DNA from: Chrysomallon squamiferum
Lineage: Eukaryota; Animalia; Mollusca
Direction: 5' to 3'
NCBI GenBank assembly: GCA_012295275.1
Contig: CM022672.1
Location: forward strand, 33,418,001-33,482,000
DNA length: 64,000 nucleotides
Made by a program: the position numbers and the translations under genes. Positions 1 through 13,369 of the stretch are shown here, piece by piece. The notes under the pieces were generated by a model. That model had not been told where the DNA came from. It did not search any database and was given only the letters and a program-made list of their open reading frames with translations. Position 1 is the stretch's first letter; every line of letters begins with the position of its first letter.

Positions 1-14
1 TATTATCATTATTA

Positions 15-145
<131 letters not shown>

Positions 146-306
146 GTCATTCTGTAGACCCAGTCGATTGTATGACTGGCAAATTTAACTAAATTTTTAT
201 GTGTGAATGTGTTGTTCTTATAAACACTTTTACTTATACAGAAGGGTTAGCACCGTGCAGCAGATGTTGTATTGATTTTAAGTATTTTAAACTATGTCAC
301 CAAAAA

Positions 307-425
307 GAAATAATAATAAAAATTAAAATTAAATAAATTAAAATGAAATAATAATAAAAATTAAAATTAAATAAATTAAAATGAAATAATAATAAAAATT
401 AAAATTAAATAAATTAAAATGAAAT
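307..425. repeat. 38-bp AT-rich tandem repeat x3
   Basis: Unit gaaataataataaaaattaaaattaaataaattaaaat starts at 307, 345 and 383. The paralogous flanks (~8360, ~30310) carry a single unit. Confidence 0.85.
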
Positions 426-1103
426 AAAAACTAAATTGAAAAAAAGGAACAAAAATAATAATAAAATTAAAATTAAATTGTCAATAATCTATTTCATGAT
501 GGTATAATACTATCGTCATCATACTATACAGAACAACCTTTCATTCCTGTTTCTGTCTCATCTAGTTACGATGGATTTATCACCCTAGCAGAAGAGTGAG
601 GAGATGTCACCTGCAGTTTCTCAATATATGTATTTGTGTCTTAAACATCATTTATCAGCACTAAATAAGAAACAGCAAACCGTTAGACACCAGCAGTAGA
701 TTCCAGATACAGGAACAGTATAACTGTAAACTAGCAAATCATTTCTTTTAGAACACAAAAGATTAGAATATACAACATGAAATTTGCATTATTATAAATA
801 TATATGTTTGTTGGAACACACTGGCAATAAATAAAAAGGCTGATTATTATAAAAAGGCTGTTAGTTTCAAAGTTTCAAAGTTTCATTGACATAGTTCTGT
901 CTGAATGATATGGTCGAATCATCCTGGCTTGACACAAAAAAAATCAAAAAATATAAAAAAATGTTCTATGATCAAACATACGCCCCGACTGAATATTAAT
1001 AAGCGTGAACAAAATGACTACATGAGTTAGAAAAATTCAGGTAGCAAAATATTTTATTTCAGTTTTACTTTCGTTTTACAGTTACGCAAAAGTTCTTTCA
1101 CTT

Positions 1104-2061
1104 TCATAGTAATTCTCCCGTCCAGCAGTCACGTGACGTATCGTCAGCCTTCACCAGCAGAACTTTGCAACCGTCTGCTTTGACGATGCATCCGTCTGGA
1201 GGTTGAATTACTCCCGCACTGATACCATATCTGTGTACAACGACAATAACAACAGCACAAAAAACAACAACAACAACAACAATAATAATAATAATAATAA
1301 TAATCATAATAAGAACAATAATGACGATGATGGTGATAATAGTAGTAGTAGTAGTAGTAGTAGTAGAAGTAGTAGTAGTAATGGTGATGGCAGTAGTGTT
1401 AGTAATATGTACGCGCACACACACAGACACACACACATACACGGGTTTTGCAGTTATGAAAATTGAAAAGTAGCTTCACTTTCAACTGGTTTATAAAAAG
1501 TAAAAAAAAAATGTTTCAGTGGTCACGTTTCATATGAAGAGGATAACGAATGGAGGCTGTTTTTTTTTTTTGTTTTTTGTTTTCCAGAAGATGTTGCCGT
1601 CTGATGGAGGGTGTGTCATTATGATGGGAGTGGTCCATTGGGCACGTGAGGACACCACAGGTCATCGTTAACGAAAGGTTAAGGGAAAACGGTTACATCG
1701 ACATTCTGCTTCCTTTGATTTTTCTGACCCAGCCACGTGATATCATTTATCAGCATGACAGTGCCAAAGCCCATACAGCCAGAATCGTAGACATCTTCGT
1801 TAGTGTAGCAACGTCAACGTGGTGTAATCATTGCCTGCTTAACAGAGATGTCGCAAGGAAAACACCAGTGGGATGTCATTACTCGCCGTGTGCGACAACA
1901 TCCTCAGGCGTCAACTTGTATTTTACACAGGCTTTGTTGCAGGGGTTTGTGGGTTTTTTAAATTATCATCATCAATAAAGTCATTATCATTATTATTATC
2001 ATCCTCATCATCATTGTTGTCGTCATCATCATCATAACAACAGGTATCATCAGTGCCATCA

Positions 2062-2104
<43 letters not shown>

Positions 2105-2187
2105 GATATAAATTCCTTTTAAAAGCAATATGCTGTAACTAATGCAAAAGAACCTGCCTAGTAAAACTGTAAAAAATAGTAAATAAA

Positions 2188-2265
<78 letters not shown>

Positions 2266-3200
2266 GCAACAATGATAACAATAATAATAATAATAATAAT
2301 AATCATGATAAGAATCATCATCATGACGTCATCATCGTAATCATCATAATCTTCGTTGTTTTGATCATCGTTAGCTTTAGATTGTCTTTAGACATTTAAA
2401 ATGATTTTATTTGTGTGACCTATGCAGGACAGTACATACCCGCAACATGAAAGTTCCTTATCTGAACAGTGACACTGTAAACATTTATTCTCGAATTTAA
2501 CAGACTCTCCAGGTGACATCACAACACCGTCAAACTGGCAGTACGGTTTCATCTGTCCGTCATCTACAACAACAGCAATAGTTTAGTAAATGTCCAGTTT
2601 AACTGCTCTCTCATATGTGACTGAAACTATGTTAATCTTTGCTCCCTAAGCACATATTTAATCTTTTTTCTTTCTTATCGCGTCCTAGATATAACCAACA
2701 GCATTTGTTTATGTGTGTCTGCATGTTTGACTTTCCGTGTGTTGTACGTGTGTGATGCTGAGGGATATATATACATATATACATACATATATATATATAT
2801 TCACAATTTAGGCAAACCCACACAAACAACACCGTCAAACTGGCAGTACGGTTTAATATGTCCGTCACCTACAACAACAGCAATAGTTTAGTAAATATCC
2901 AATTTAACTATACTCTCATATTATGATAATGTGACTGAAACTATGTTAATCTTTGCTCGCTAAGAACAAATTTAATCTTTTTTCTTTCTTATCGCGTCCT
3001 AGATACAAGTGACAGCATTTGTGTGTGTTTGTGTGTGTGTATGTGTGAGTTTGACTGTCTGTGTGATATATCTATACATATATATATATATATATATATA
3101 CACATATCACCTCTGCCTCAAAATAACACACACACAGATATATACATATATATACATATATATATGTATGTGTATATATATATATATATGTAAGTATGTC

Positions 3201-3231
<31 letters not shown>

Positions 3232-3897
3232 TTTTGCCTAAACCGTGAGTAAATCGAGCCGATAATTTTTACGTCTAATAAACAAATATAGATTCACCGT
3301 TTTAGCATCAGTAAACGTATACAAACAGCACTTTGTAGTAAATGTTCAACCTTCTGGTTTCTGCCATTTTGAAAAGAGGTAACATGAAACAAATTAAATA
3401 AAGACCCCTTTTTCTGTCATGTTGTAATAAAAGTTTGGTCCTGTTTTTAAAGCTCAGTAAAATAACGAAAGAAAAAAAAAAAAAAAAAAAAAAAAAAAAC
3501 AATGAAAAAAAAAAAAAAAAAAAAAAAAAAAACACGTGACATCTCATTATTTAATCCTTCATCATTCTTCTCGGTGTCCTCTTTCTACCTGTCAGTCAGG
3601 TTTTAATGTCACATTCATAAAATTCCTTAGTTTTAACTAGATACTTACTTTACAAAGAAAAGAAAAAGCTACCTTGGAATATATATAAATATTAATTAAT
3701 TGACGAAAACGAAGAAGGTAAGCTATATTAATAATAACATATGTTTCTAATAAACACATCCAGTTATCTCGGTTTGAATGCCAAACGACAGAAATGATGA
3801 ACATACCTGTGCTGTTGTACTTTAGCTCCCTACTCAGACAGTAAGAGTCTGAGGTACAAAGAAACGCAGACAAAGTTAGGACAGCGAAAACCAGCAT
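1104..3897 (-). CDS. MSMB: beta-microseminoprotein-like secreted protein, copy A (intact, 3 coding exons, 113 aa)
   Basis: Exons 3897-3807 (donor GTATGT), 2563-2440 (acceptor ttgtag, donor GTATGT) and 1230-1104 (acceptor acacag) splice in frame: MLVFAVLTLSAFLCTSDS|YCLSRELKYNSTDDGQMKPYCQFDGVVMSPGESVKFENKCLQCHCSDKELSCCGYGISAGVIQPPDGCIVKADGCKVLLVKADDTSRDCWTGELL*. It has a hydrophobic signal peptide and 10 mature Cys in the PSP94 pattern C..C..CxxCxC-x6-CC..C..C..C. AATAAA lies about 45 nt after the stop. The symbol indicates family membership, not orthology. Confidence 0.88.
1510..1945 (+). mobile_element. decayed Tc1/mariner transposase fragment in intron 2 of copy A
   Basis: Translates to RTPQVIVNERLRENGYIDILLP...IIYQHDSAKAHTARIV and, in a shifted frame, QWDVITRRVRQHPQ...TQALLQ. 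These match the Tc1 DDE motifs (FQQDNAxPHTAR; EHxWDxxxRRVR). It is frameshifted. Confidence 0.8.
2826..2868 (-). pseudogene. partial duplicate of the 5' half of MSP exon 2 with an intact acceptor, inside intron 1 of copy A
   Basis: gttgtag|GT GAC GGA CAT ATT AAA CCG TAC TGC CAG TTT GAC GGT GTT, followed by unrelated sequence and a TGA. About 180 bp of flanking intron is duplicated with it. Confidence 0.8.
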
Positions 3898-5765
3898 GTT
3901 TGCTTTTCTCACTCGATGAATTTATGACCGTCGAACTTACTTAACTTAGCAACGACAACAAAAACAACCAAGCGTCTTGAAAGCTACGAAGTAAGTAGTC
4001 AGGCAGGTATTAAAACAAACGTAAGTAGTTTTAGGCTGGTGGAAAGAAAACGAAAAATAATTTATTTGACTGATTTGAAATAAACACAAAGTAACAGCCA
4101 GCTTCAAATTATCATAATTCTTATTGATGAAAGTATATCTGGTAAGGACGTAAATACAGACTGGCGTAAAATCCTGTCATTTACTTTTCAGATTACGTTT
4201 AGCAGCTCATGTATGGAACTGAGTTTATTGTTTTGTTACAAAAGAAACCTCCTGCTGTGACGAAACTTTACAATGCTGACTCGTACGAGTGTATTATACG
4301 TGTGCGGCGGCTTTGTACGTTCACTGGTAACACATCGCTCTTTACAAAATTAATGTCTTAGTTAAAGTCTAAATGTTTCGCTACACACGTGTGTCAGCTT
4401 AAACCTTTAAAAGACGCAGAGAAGCAAACACATAAATATCACCGTTTTTTCTTTTTCATCCTCAAAACGATTAAACATTATGAAACGAGTACTTGTTTTA
4501 ATCAGTTAAATCAGGCAAACGAAATTGAAAACATAAAAAAATATATCAAATAAAAAAATAAGAATAATAATTAAAAAATTCAAAGATGTCTATAAATAAC
4601 GAACGGAAAATACGAAAAATAAAGACGGACCTCGAAGATGAAATATATAATAATATTCAATATAAAAAAAAAAGGTAAAAGAATAAAGCAGAAAAAAGTA
4701 TGAAAAAAGAAAAAAGAAATAAAAGAAAGAAAATAACAATTGTTATAGTAGTATTTGTAGTCGTATTAGTATACTATTTCTACTGCAACAACTAGTAGGT
4801 AGTAATACGAAACAATAACAATTTAAAAATAAAATAAAACTAGCTTACATGTAAAGTTCTTTTAAAGTTTCTCATCGGGTGACCTGCTTTCTATATTTTG
4901 ATTTATCTGTGTCACCACACTTACTTCTAATTATGACATCTGGCAAACCGGGACATACTTGAGAGGCCAGACGAAGTTTAGGATGACTCATTAAGGTTAG
5001 CTCGCTCTGAGATATTCTTGTCAAAAAATTAACTGTGCATCATATAATGTTCCACAGAGTCACACATTTTCTGAAGTTAATGAAAGAAAAACAACAGAAA
5101 AAATCAGTACATATTATGAAAGCACTGATTTAATATTTTGATCATGGTTCACTCCTCGCACATTCGTTTCATGCAGAGTTCACAACTCTCTTCATGATGC
5201 AACATGACTTTTTTTTCGTTAGTATAGTTATAAATACGCTGACACAATTTTGTTTTTTAATTAATTATTGTTATGTTAGTGTTTTTTTTTTCATTATTTA
5301 AGGACTCGTTTGTGCATAGGGCGTATACTACCAATGAATAACACAGAGTCTGCCATCAATTGTGCAACCAGACAAAGACAGTCTACTTTCTTTTGCCAAG
5401 AAAAATACGTGACAAAGAACTTTCTCTTTTCTAAGAAACCAAGGAAGCTCACGTATCCATAAAAGGCAGTAAACTGCTTGAGATAAAATTAAATCTAAAG
5501 CAGAAACCTCTAACATCATCTACGCTGAGCGAAACAAAATTACGAGAGTGAGTAAATATGTGGAAAGTTAAATCTACTGGATGTTGATTAACAGTAAGGT
5601 AAGTTTTTAAAAATGTATACGGACTGGCAAACGTATTTTATTTGTAATTAAGAAAAACTAAATCAATCAATAAATAATAAAAAAAGCCAACAAACAACTA
5701 AATAAATAAATACAATGAAATTATACTACTACTACTACTACTACTATTACTAATAATAATAAGAA

Positions 5766-5796
<31 letters not shown>

Positions 5797-5947
5797 AAAT
5801 ATTTGTTTATATGTAGTATGTATTTGGTTTTATGACAAGAATTTAAAATATAGTACATTTAAAAGTTATCGCAGCATTCAGATCTTGAACACTTTTTAGA
5901 TAATGGAATAGGCACACGAAAACATACTTGAACTCTTTTATGATATT

Positions 5948-6041
<94 letters not shown>

Positions 6042-6071
6042 CGAAATCATTAAAATATAATTACTGTACAG

Positions 6072-6192
6072 GTATGGTGTTGCCGATGTTGCAATTTTCG
6101 TTCCTGAAGGATGTATCGTGAAAAAGGGAGACAACTGCAAACCGATGTTAATGGATAAGAACAACACCACTCGAAAATGCAACTTTAATTAG
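6072..6192 (+). pseudogene. orphan MSP exon 3 (C/D subtype), reading frame intact, no recognisable exons 1-2 upstream
   Basis: tgtacag|G TAT GGT... = YGVADVAIFVPEGCIVKKGDNCKPMLMDKNNTTRKCNFN*. It is phase 2 with 3 Cys, homologous to 37490-37370, and preceded directly by a (GA)n tract. Confidence 0.75.
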
Positions 6193-7005
6193 CATAGATG
6201 AATCCGAACAGTTGGTTGAAAAAAAAAAATAAAATTATCTCCTGTTTCCTCCTTTATCTGTTTCTTTTGTGTTAGTTTTGAAACTGCAACCATCATCGTC
6301 ATCATTGTCATCATCATCGTATGCAGCAGCAACAACAAGAAAAATATCTTTATAATGTGTATCAGAAATGATTTCATGAAACATCAATGAAAGGCAACCA
6401 ACAGCAAGAAAGGAAGTTGGCTCTGCAGTAGCAGTATAAATATTTATTATCTAGTTTTAACATATTCGCCGGCCAGCATAACCTAATAGTCCTATTCTAC
6501 AATGAAAAACATATTTTAATTTATTATTGTTATTATTATTACTGTTATTGTTATTGCTATTACTATATTATTATCATTATAATAATCATTACCATTATTA
6601 CTGTAATAATAATTATGATACTACTACTACTACTACTACTACTATTATTATTATTATTAACTATGCTCGTAAAACTTTTCATGTATCTAATATTTTTATA
6701 GTGTCTAGATGTTAATAAGGAATACAGATAATATATGAAAACGACAGGCAGACAGAAAAGCAGACAATCAAACACACAGATAAATAACAGCGTATATAAA
6801 GATAGATTGCAAAGAGAGGTGATATTTGTTTTGTGCTTGTGTGTATGTGCTATTATCCTTCATTTCATTTCATTTTTGTTTTTAAATTTATTTTACTTTA
6901 TATTTTGATCTACCTCGATGTTGCAAAAATCCTTATCACTAAAACGCTGACCTTTTCAAAACTAATTAATATAAATTTATATATAGATACATAGATAGAT
7001 GGATG

Positions 7006-7080
<75 letters not shown>

Positions 7081-7454
7081 TGATTGATACAAACATACAT
7101 ACACGAATATATTAAATCGAATATCATTGCAATTTTTGTCGTCGTTTCACCGTTGTTTAACACACAGACCTGTTCTGAAGGTATCAGTTCTCATTATCAA
7201 ACAGCCTGCATCCAAGGTTACGAGAACATCAGCAAAACTGAGATGAACAAACACAAACATTCTTCTGTACCTATGTGACATTTCTAACTTAGTGAACTTG
7301 GAAAAAGATACCCTAAGTTACCATAAACTGTATCAGAAAGATGTTTGCTAAGCAGGTAGCGAACGGGAGAGATTCACACACGTATAATGTAAATTACAGT
7401 ACACAAAAATATATCAATTTCAAAAAAAAAAAAAAAATCATCTGTCTACATCTC

Positions 7455-7528
<74 letters not shown>

Positions 7529-7547
7529 AATATATATAATATAATCT

Positions 7548-7646
<99 letters not shown>

Positions 7647-8088
7647 GACACACACACAAACACCCGGACAGATATATGATTCAACATAATAATTATATGT
7701 CTTATTGATTTGATTTAATTTAATTTTGATTTTACATTATTTATCTTATTTGTATTTTTTATTTTTTATTATTATTACTTTTTTTAAACATATTTTAATT
7801 TATCCTTTTTCAATTTAAATTGATTTTTATTTCTATTTCATTTCCATTATTCAAGATTACTTCTTTTTTTTACAAATTCTTTTCTTTTTTTTCATTTCTA
7901 CTTGAAACCTAATCATTAGTTTACTTTTTTTTTTTTTGTAAATTTATTTATTTATTTATTTATTTTTTAGAATATTTTAAATTTATTTGATATTATTATT
8001 ATTGTTTTTTTATTGTTTTTCATGCTGTCGTAGCTGAGCAGCTGCTGTGATGTTGGAATGATGATGAATGCTATTATTATCATTATTA

Positions 8089-8167
<79 letters not shown>

Positions 8168-8950
8168 CATTATTATTATTATTATTATATTTATTATCGT
8201 GATTCTGTGGACCTAGTCGATTGTGTGACTGACTAATTTAACTGAATTTTTATGTGTGAATTTGTTGTTCTTATAAACACTTTTACTTATACAGAAGGGT
8301 TAGCACCGTGCAGCAGATGTTGTATCGATTTTAAGTATTTTAAACTATGTGACCAAAAAGAAATTATAATAATAAAAATTAAAATCAAATAAATTGAAAT
8401 GAAATAAAAACTAAATTGAAAAAGAAAGAAACAAGAAAATAATAATAAAATTAAAATTAAATTGTTAATAATCTATTACATGATGGTATAATACTATCAT
8501 CATCATACTATACAGAACAACCTTTCATTCCTGTTTCTATCTCATCTAGTTACGATGGATTTATCACCCTAGCAGAAGAGTGAGGAGATGTCACCTGCAG
8601 TTTCTCAATATATGTATGTGTGTCTTAAACATCATTTAACAGCACTAAATAAGAAACAGCAAACCGTTAGACACCAACAGTAGATTCCAGATACAGGAAC
8701 AGTATAACTGTAAACTAGCAAATCATTTCTTTTATAACACAAAAGATTAGAATATACAACATGTAATGATATGATCGAATCATCCTGGCTTGACATAAAA
8801 AAAAATACATAAACAAATAAAAAAAAATTATGATGAAACATACGCCCCAACTGAATATTAATAAGCGTGAACAAAATGACTACATGAGTTAGAAAATATT
8901 TTATTTCAGTTTTACTTTCGTTTTACAGTTACGCAAAAGTTCTTTCACTT

Positions 8951-9520
8951 TCATAGTAACTCTCCCGTCAAGCAGTCACGTGACGTATCGTCAGCCTTCA
9001 CCAGCAGAGGTGTGCAACCGTCTGCTTTGACGATGCATCCGTCTGGAGGTTGAATTGCTCCAGCATTGATACCATATCTGTGTACAACGACAATAACAAC
9101 ATCAACAACAGCAACAACAACAACAACAACAACAATAATAATAATAATAACAATAATGATGATGATGGTGATAATTGTAGTAGTAGTAGTAGTAGTAGTA
9201 GCAGTAGTAGTAGTAGTAATAGTGGTGGCAGTAGTGTTAGTAATATGTACGCACACACACACACACACACACACACACGGGTTTTACAGTAACGAAAAGT
9301 GAAATGTAGCTTCACTTTCAACTGGTTTATATATATATAAAAAAATGTTTTAGGGGTCACGTTTCATATGAAGACCATAACGAATGGAGGCTGGGGTTTT
9401 TTTTTTTTTTTTCAGAAGGTGTTGCCATCTGATAGAGGGAGTGTCATTATGATAGGACTGGTCATGTTTATCTTCGAGGTCATAGTAAATACATAAGATA
9501 TAATAATAATAATAAAACTA

Positions 9521-9570
<50 letters not shown>

Positions 9571-9964
9571 TAAGAATCATCATCATGACCATCATCATCG
9601 TCATCATCATAATCTTCGTTGTCTTGATCATCGTTAGCTTTAGATTGTTTTTAGAAATTTAAAATGATTTTATTTGTTTGACCAATACAGGACAATACAT
9701 ACCCGCAACATGAAAGTCCCTGATATGAACAGTGACACTCTAAACATTTATTCTCGAATTTAACAGTATCTCCCGGTGACATCACAACACCGTCAAACTG
9801 GCAGTACGGTTTAGTATGTTCGTCACCTACAACAACAGCAATAGTTTAGTAAATCCAATTTAACTGCTCTCTCATATGTGACTGAAACTATGTTAATCTT
9901 TGCTCCCTAAGCACATATTTAATCTTTTTTCTTTCTTATCGCGTCCTAGATACAAGTGATAGCA

Positions 9965-9996
<32 letters not shown>

Positions 9997-10707
9997 GTTT
10001 TGACTGTCTGTGTGTTGTACGTGTTTGTTGCTGAGGGATATATATATATACACACACATAGATATAGATATATATTTTTTACTACTCACACACACATACA
10101 TATATATAAATTACCTAAATTGTTAATAAAACGAGCCGATAACTTTTACGGATAATAAACAAATCAAACATTACTTTTTAGCGCCAATAAACAAATACAA
10201 TCAATATTGGTTTCTTGCTTTTTTTTTAACAATAATAAACAAATGTAGATTCACTTTCTTTTATCCTCAGTAAACATATACAAACAGCACCTTTTAGTAA
10301 ATGTTCAACCTTATCGTTTCTGCCCTTTTGAAAACAGGTAATATGAAATATATGTTACAGTCATCATTCTTCTCTGTGTCCTCTTTCCACCTGTCAGCCA
10401 GGTTTTTAATGTCACATTCATAAAATTCCCTAGTTTTAACTAGATACTTACTTAAAAAAGAAAAAATAACAGACAAAAGTTTCCTTACAAGCTGACATAT
10501 ATATAAATATTAATTAATTTACGAAGACAAAGAAGGTAAGCTATACTACTAATAACATACGTTTGTTGTAAACACACCTTGGTTTGAATGTCAGAGTACA
10601 GAAATGATTAACGTACCTGTCATGTTGAATTTTGGCATGTCCATCAGACAGTAACAATCTGAAGTGTAAAGAAACGCAGAAAACGTTAGGACAGCGAAAA
10701 CCAACAT
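8951..10707 (-). CDS. MSMB: beta-microseminoprotein-like secreted protein, copy B (intact, 113 aa)
   Basis: Exons 10707-10617, 9826-9703 and 9077-8951 with GT-AG sites: MLVFAVLTFSAFLYTSDC|YCLMDMPKFNMTGDEHTKPYCQFDGVVMSPGDTVKFENKCLECHCSYQGLSCCGYGINAGAIQPPDGCIVKADGCTPLLVKADDTSRDCLTGELL*. Confidence 0.88.
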
Positions 10708-10957
10708 GTTTGCTTCTCTCACTCGATGTTTTTATGACAGTCGAACTTACTGAACTTAGAAAAGATAAGAAAAACAACCATATGTTGTTTTCTTCCTTTT
10801 TATTTTTTAACCCTTGTGTATTGTGTTGTGTGTACGTGTGTGTACGTGTGTGTTAAGGAGAGACAGATAGAGACAGTCAGTGAGCGTTACAATGAAAGAA
10901 AGAACTTGAGAGAAAAAGATATAGAAAGACAGAGAGAAAGAGAAAGCTAGAGAGCTT

Positions 10958-11054
<97 letters not shown>

Positions 11055-11503
11055 AAACCTCATAAATAATGTTATATTTGTGTTGTGATCGGGGTTTTGT
11101 TGTGTCCATATATATCGGTGTCCGTGTGTATATGTGAGTGTGTGAGTACGTGTGTGTGTGTCTCTGTGTGTGTAAATCTGTTTGTGTGTAATATTGTCAA
11201 GTTTATGTATATACACACACACACATACACAGAAACACACACACACACACACGCGCACACACACTCACATATACACACGAATACCAAGATAAGCGAAACG
11301 AATTCCTGAAAAAGCTCATTGTTTTGTTTGTTACTTTTCTTTTATCTTTTTATCTCAGATTTACGTTAAAACGATGTGCATTTCTGCCACATGACAGTTA
11401 TTAAAAACGATTAGAAGCACATTATCAGATTTGGGTGAACCAATCAAAAACGCGTACACGGTGCCTCTTTTATTATTATTAGTTTTAGTAGTAGTAGTAG
11501 TAT

Positions 11504-11540
<37 letters not shown>

Positions 11541-12005
11541 CATTTTTAAAAAAAAATTTGCTTATGTGAAATTGCCTCTTTAGTCGGATCTATGTGCAAA
11601 AGTCACAAGCGACTGAGTCTACAGAATTACATTATTAGTAATAGTAGTAGGTAGTAGTAAGTGTAAAAGTTGTAGTAGTAGTAGTAATAACAATTATTAA
11701 AATAACAGAGATTTAATTTGTTTTGTTTTTTTGCTTATTTGTTTATTTATTTATATATTTTTGTTATATTTAAATTTACTATTTCTTATAGTAAACTTAC
11801 GACTTTAAATAACACAGCTATCCACACTTCTTCAACCATTCTTCTTCCTTGCTGACATAGCAATATAAAAAAAATACCTCGCAATTAAATATAAATTTAC
11901 ATTACTCATAGCGATTTTGGTTGTTGGCTGTATTTCGTAAATACAGATAACGTCATTTAAGCAGTAAGAACTGAAGTTAGTTGCAGAGGTACAACACTGA
12001 AGTAG

Positions 12006-12127
12006 TCACATGTTAGCTCCAGACATGTTTTGGGTAATATTTCTAGTATCTGTTATAATCAACCGTCTCAGTTTCTTAATTACACAGTCATCGGGTGCAC
12101 AAAGTGGAGTCGTTGGCATTTTGGAAG
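12006..12127 (-). pseudogene. possible highly degenerate MSP exon 3 (further copies at 14306-14427, 47512-47633 and 49822-49943)
   Basis: tgttag|C TTC CAA AAT... = FQNANDSTL/(+1 shift)APDDCVIKKLRRLIITDTRNITQN. This resembles exon-3 PEGCIVKK..MDKNNITQKC, with the first Cys at the expected codon 14. The two later Cys are lost. Confidence 0.4.
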
Positions 12128-12640
12128 CTAACACCTCTTATGCGCTTGGCCCCTTGGCACTGCCTTTCAGTGATGTTTCACCAAACCGTTTGTGATAGAC
12201 ACTATGAATCTATGTTTGTTGCTGCTGCTGCTGCTGAATATGACGATGATGATAATGATGACGATGATGTTACAGTTTCAAAATGTCCATTTGTATCTAT
12301 TGTATGTTTGTGGGTGTGTCTCTCTCTCTCCCTCTGGGAGGTTATGAGACATACATTACACTTACAGATGTACATTAACAGTTGTGCTATGATGTATGCA
12401 TTTCTGACAGTATTAGTTTTAGTGATAATTGTAGTTACAGTAGAAGTAGTAACTGCATCAGCAGCATATTTAATAGTAATAGTAGAAGTACTAGTAGTAG
12501 TAGCAGAAGTACTAGTTACAGCAGTAGCAGTACTATAGTAACAGTAGTTGTAGTCATTGTGACAGTGGTTAGTAGTTGTCAACTCGTAATAGTAAAATAG
12601 TAATATAGAATAGAGCCACTGATATGTTTGACACACGCAG

Positions 12641-12986
12641 GTATGGTTCGAGTGTGGGAATGGGCCCAATCGATGTACCAGAGGGATGCGTTATCAAGAA
12701 ACATGGTTGTGACAGTCTGATTGTGAAAACTGACAATGAGTTACAGAGGGATGTGTTATCAAGAAACATGGTTGTGACAGTCTGATTGTGAAAACTGACA
12801 ATGAGTTACAGAGAGATGTGTTATCAAGAAACATGGTTCTGACAGTTTGATTGTGAAAACTGACAATGCGTTAGAGAGGAATGAGTTATCAAGAAACATG
12901 GTTGTGACAATTTTATTGTGAAAACCGACAATGAGTTACTGAACTGCTACATGGGAGAATACATTCACATTGTCCAGTGGAAGTAA
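12641..12986 (+). pseudogene. orphan MSP exon 3 (third subtype) disrupted by a 4 x 65-bp internal tandem repeat
   Basis: cacgcag|G TAT GGT TCG... With one repeat unit the exon reads YGSSVGMGPIDVPEGCVIKKHGCDSLIVKTDNELLNCYMGEYIHIVQWK*. The units at 12679, 12744, 12809 and 12874 shift the frame and give TGA in unit 2. Confidence 0.8.
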
Positions 12987-13238
12987 TACTACAGCATTAA
13001 TGTTTGTAATTCACGGAATTAAATTCGTCAAGCCTTCGCAAAATATCCGTTTTCCGTCAGAAACTGTGCAGACTGAAATCTATCTAACTGTCTGTCTGAT
13101 GGTCTAATCCGTCTGTCTTTACTTGTATCTCTGTGTCTGTTTATCTATCTCTCTGCCTGTCTGTGTGTCTAATTATGTTTGTATATTTGTATCTCTTTTA
13201 TCGCAGTCTGTCTTGCTGTATAGATATATATATACACA

Positions 13239-13369
<131 letters not shown>

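Noticed and set aside
3637-3912. ORF-track start (GTG at 3912) and read-through of gene A exon 1
   Set aside because: The ATG at 3897 is conserved in B and B' and begins the signal peptide, and the sequence after 3807 is intron.
5455-5605. TATA-like CATAAAAG and donor AAG|GTAAGT upstream of orphan exon 6072, as a replacement first exon
   Set aside because: ATG TTG ATT AAC AGT AAG ends in phase 0, which is incompatible with the phase-2 exon 3. The other ATG frame hits TGA, and there is no signal peptide.
11801-11851. 51-nt minus-strand segment flanked by AG and GTAAGT upstream of gene B
   Set aside because: It could be a non-coding exon, but such motifs arise by chance in AT-rich DNA and it has no homology to gene A's upstream region. 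It cannot be supported without RNA data.
12010-12195. 61-aa ORF MLAPDMFWVIFLVSV... present four times and resembling a signal peptide
   Set aside because: Its conservation is explained by recent segmental duplication. It is antisense to a probable exon relic and has no family motif.
12744-12880. ttacag junctions of the 65-bp units as alternative acceptors that restore the protein
   Set aside because: They have no pyrimidine tract and the wrong phase for a phase-2 exon 2 donor.
12679-12938. Regular repeat arrays resembling CRISPR
   Set aside because: The 65-bp units are contiguous with no unique spacers, no cas genes are present, the context is eukaryotic, and the unit derives from an MSP exon.
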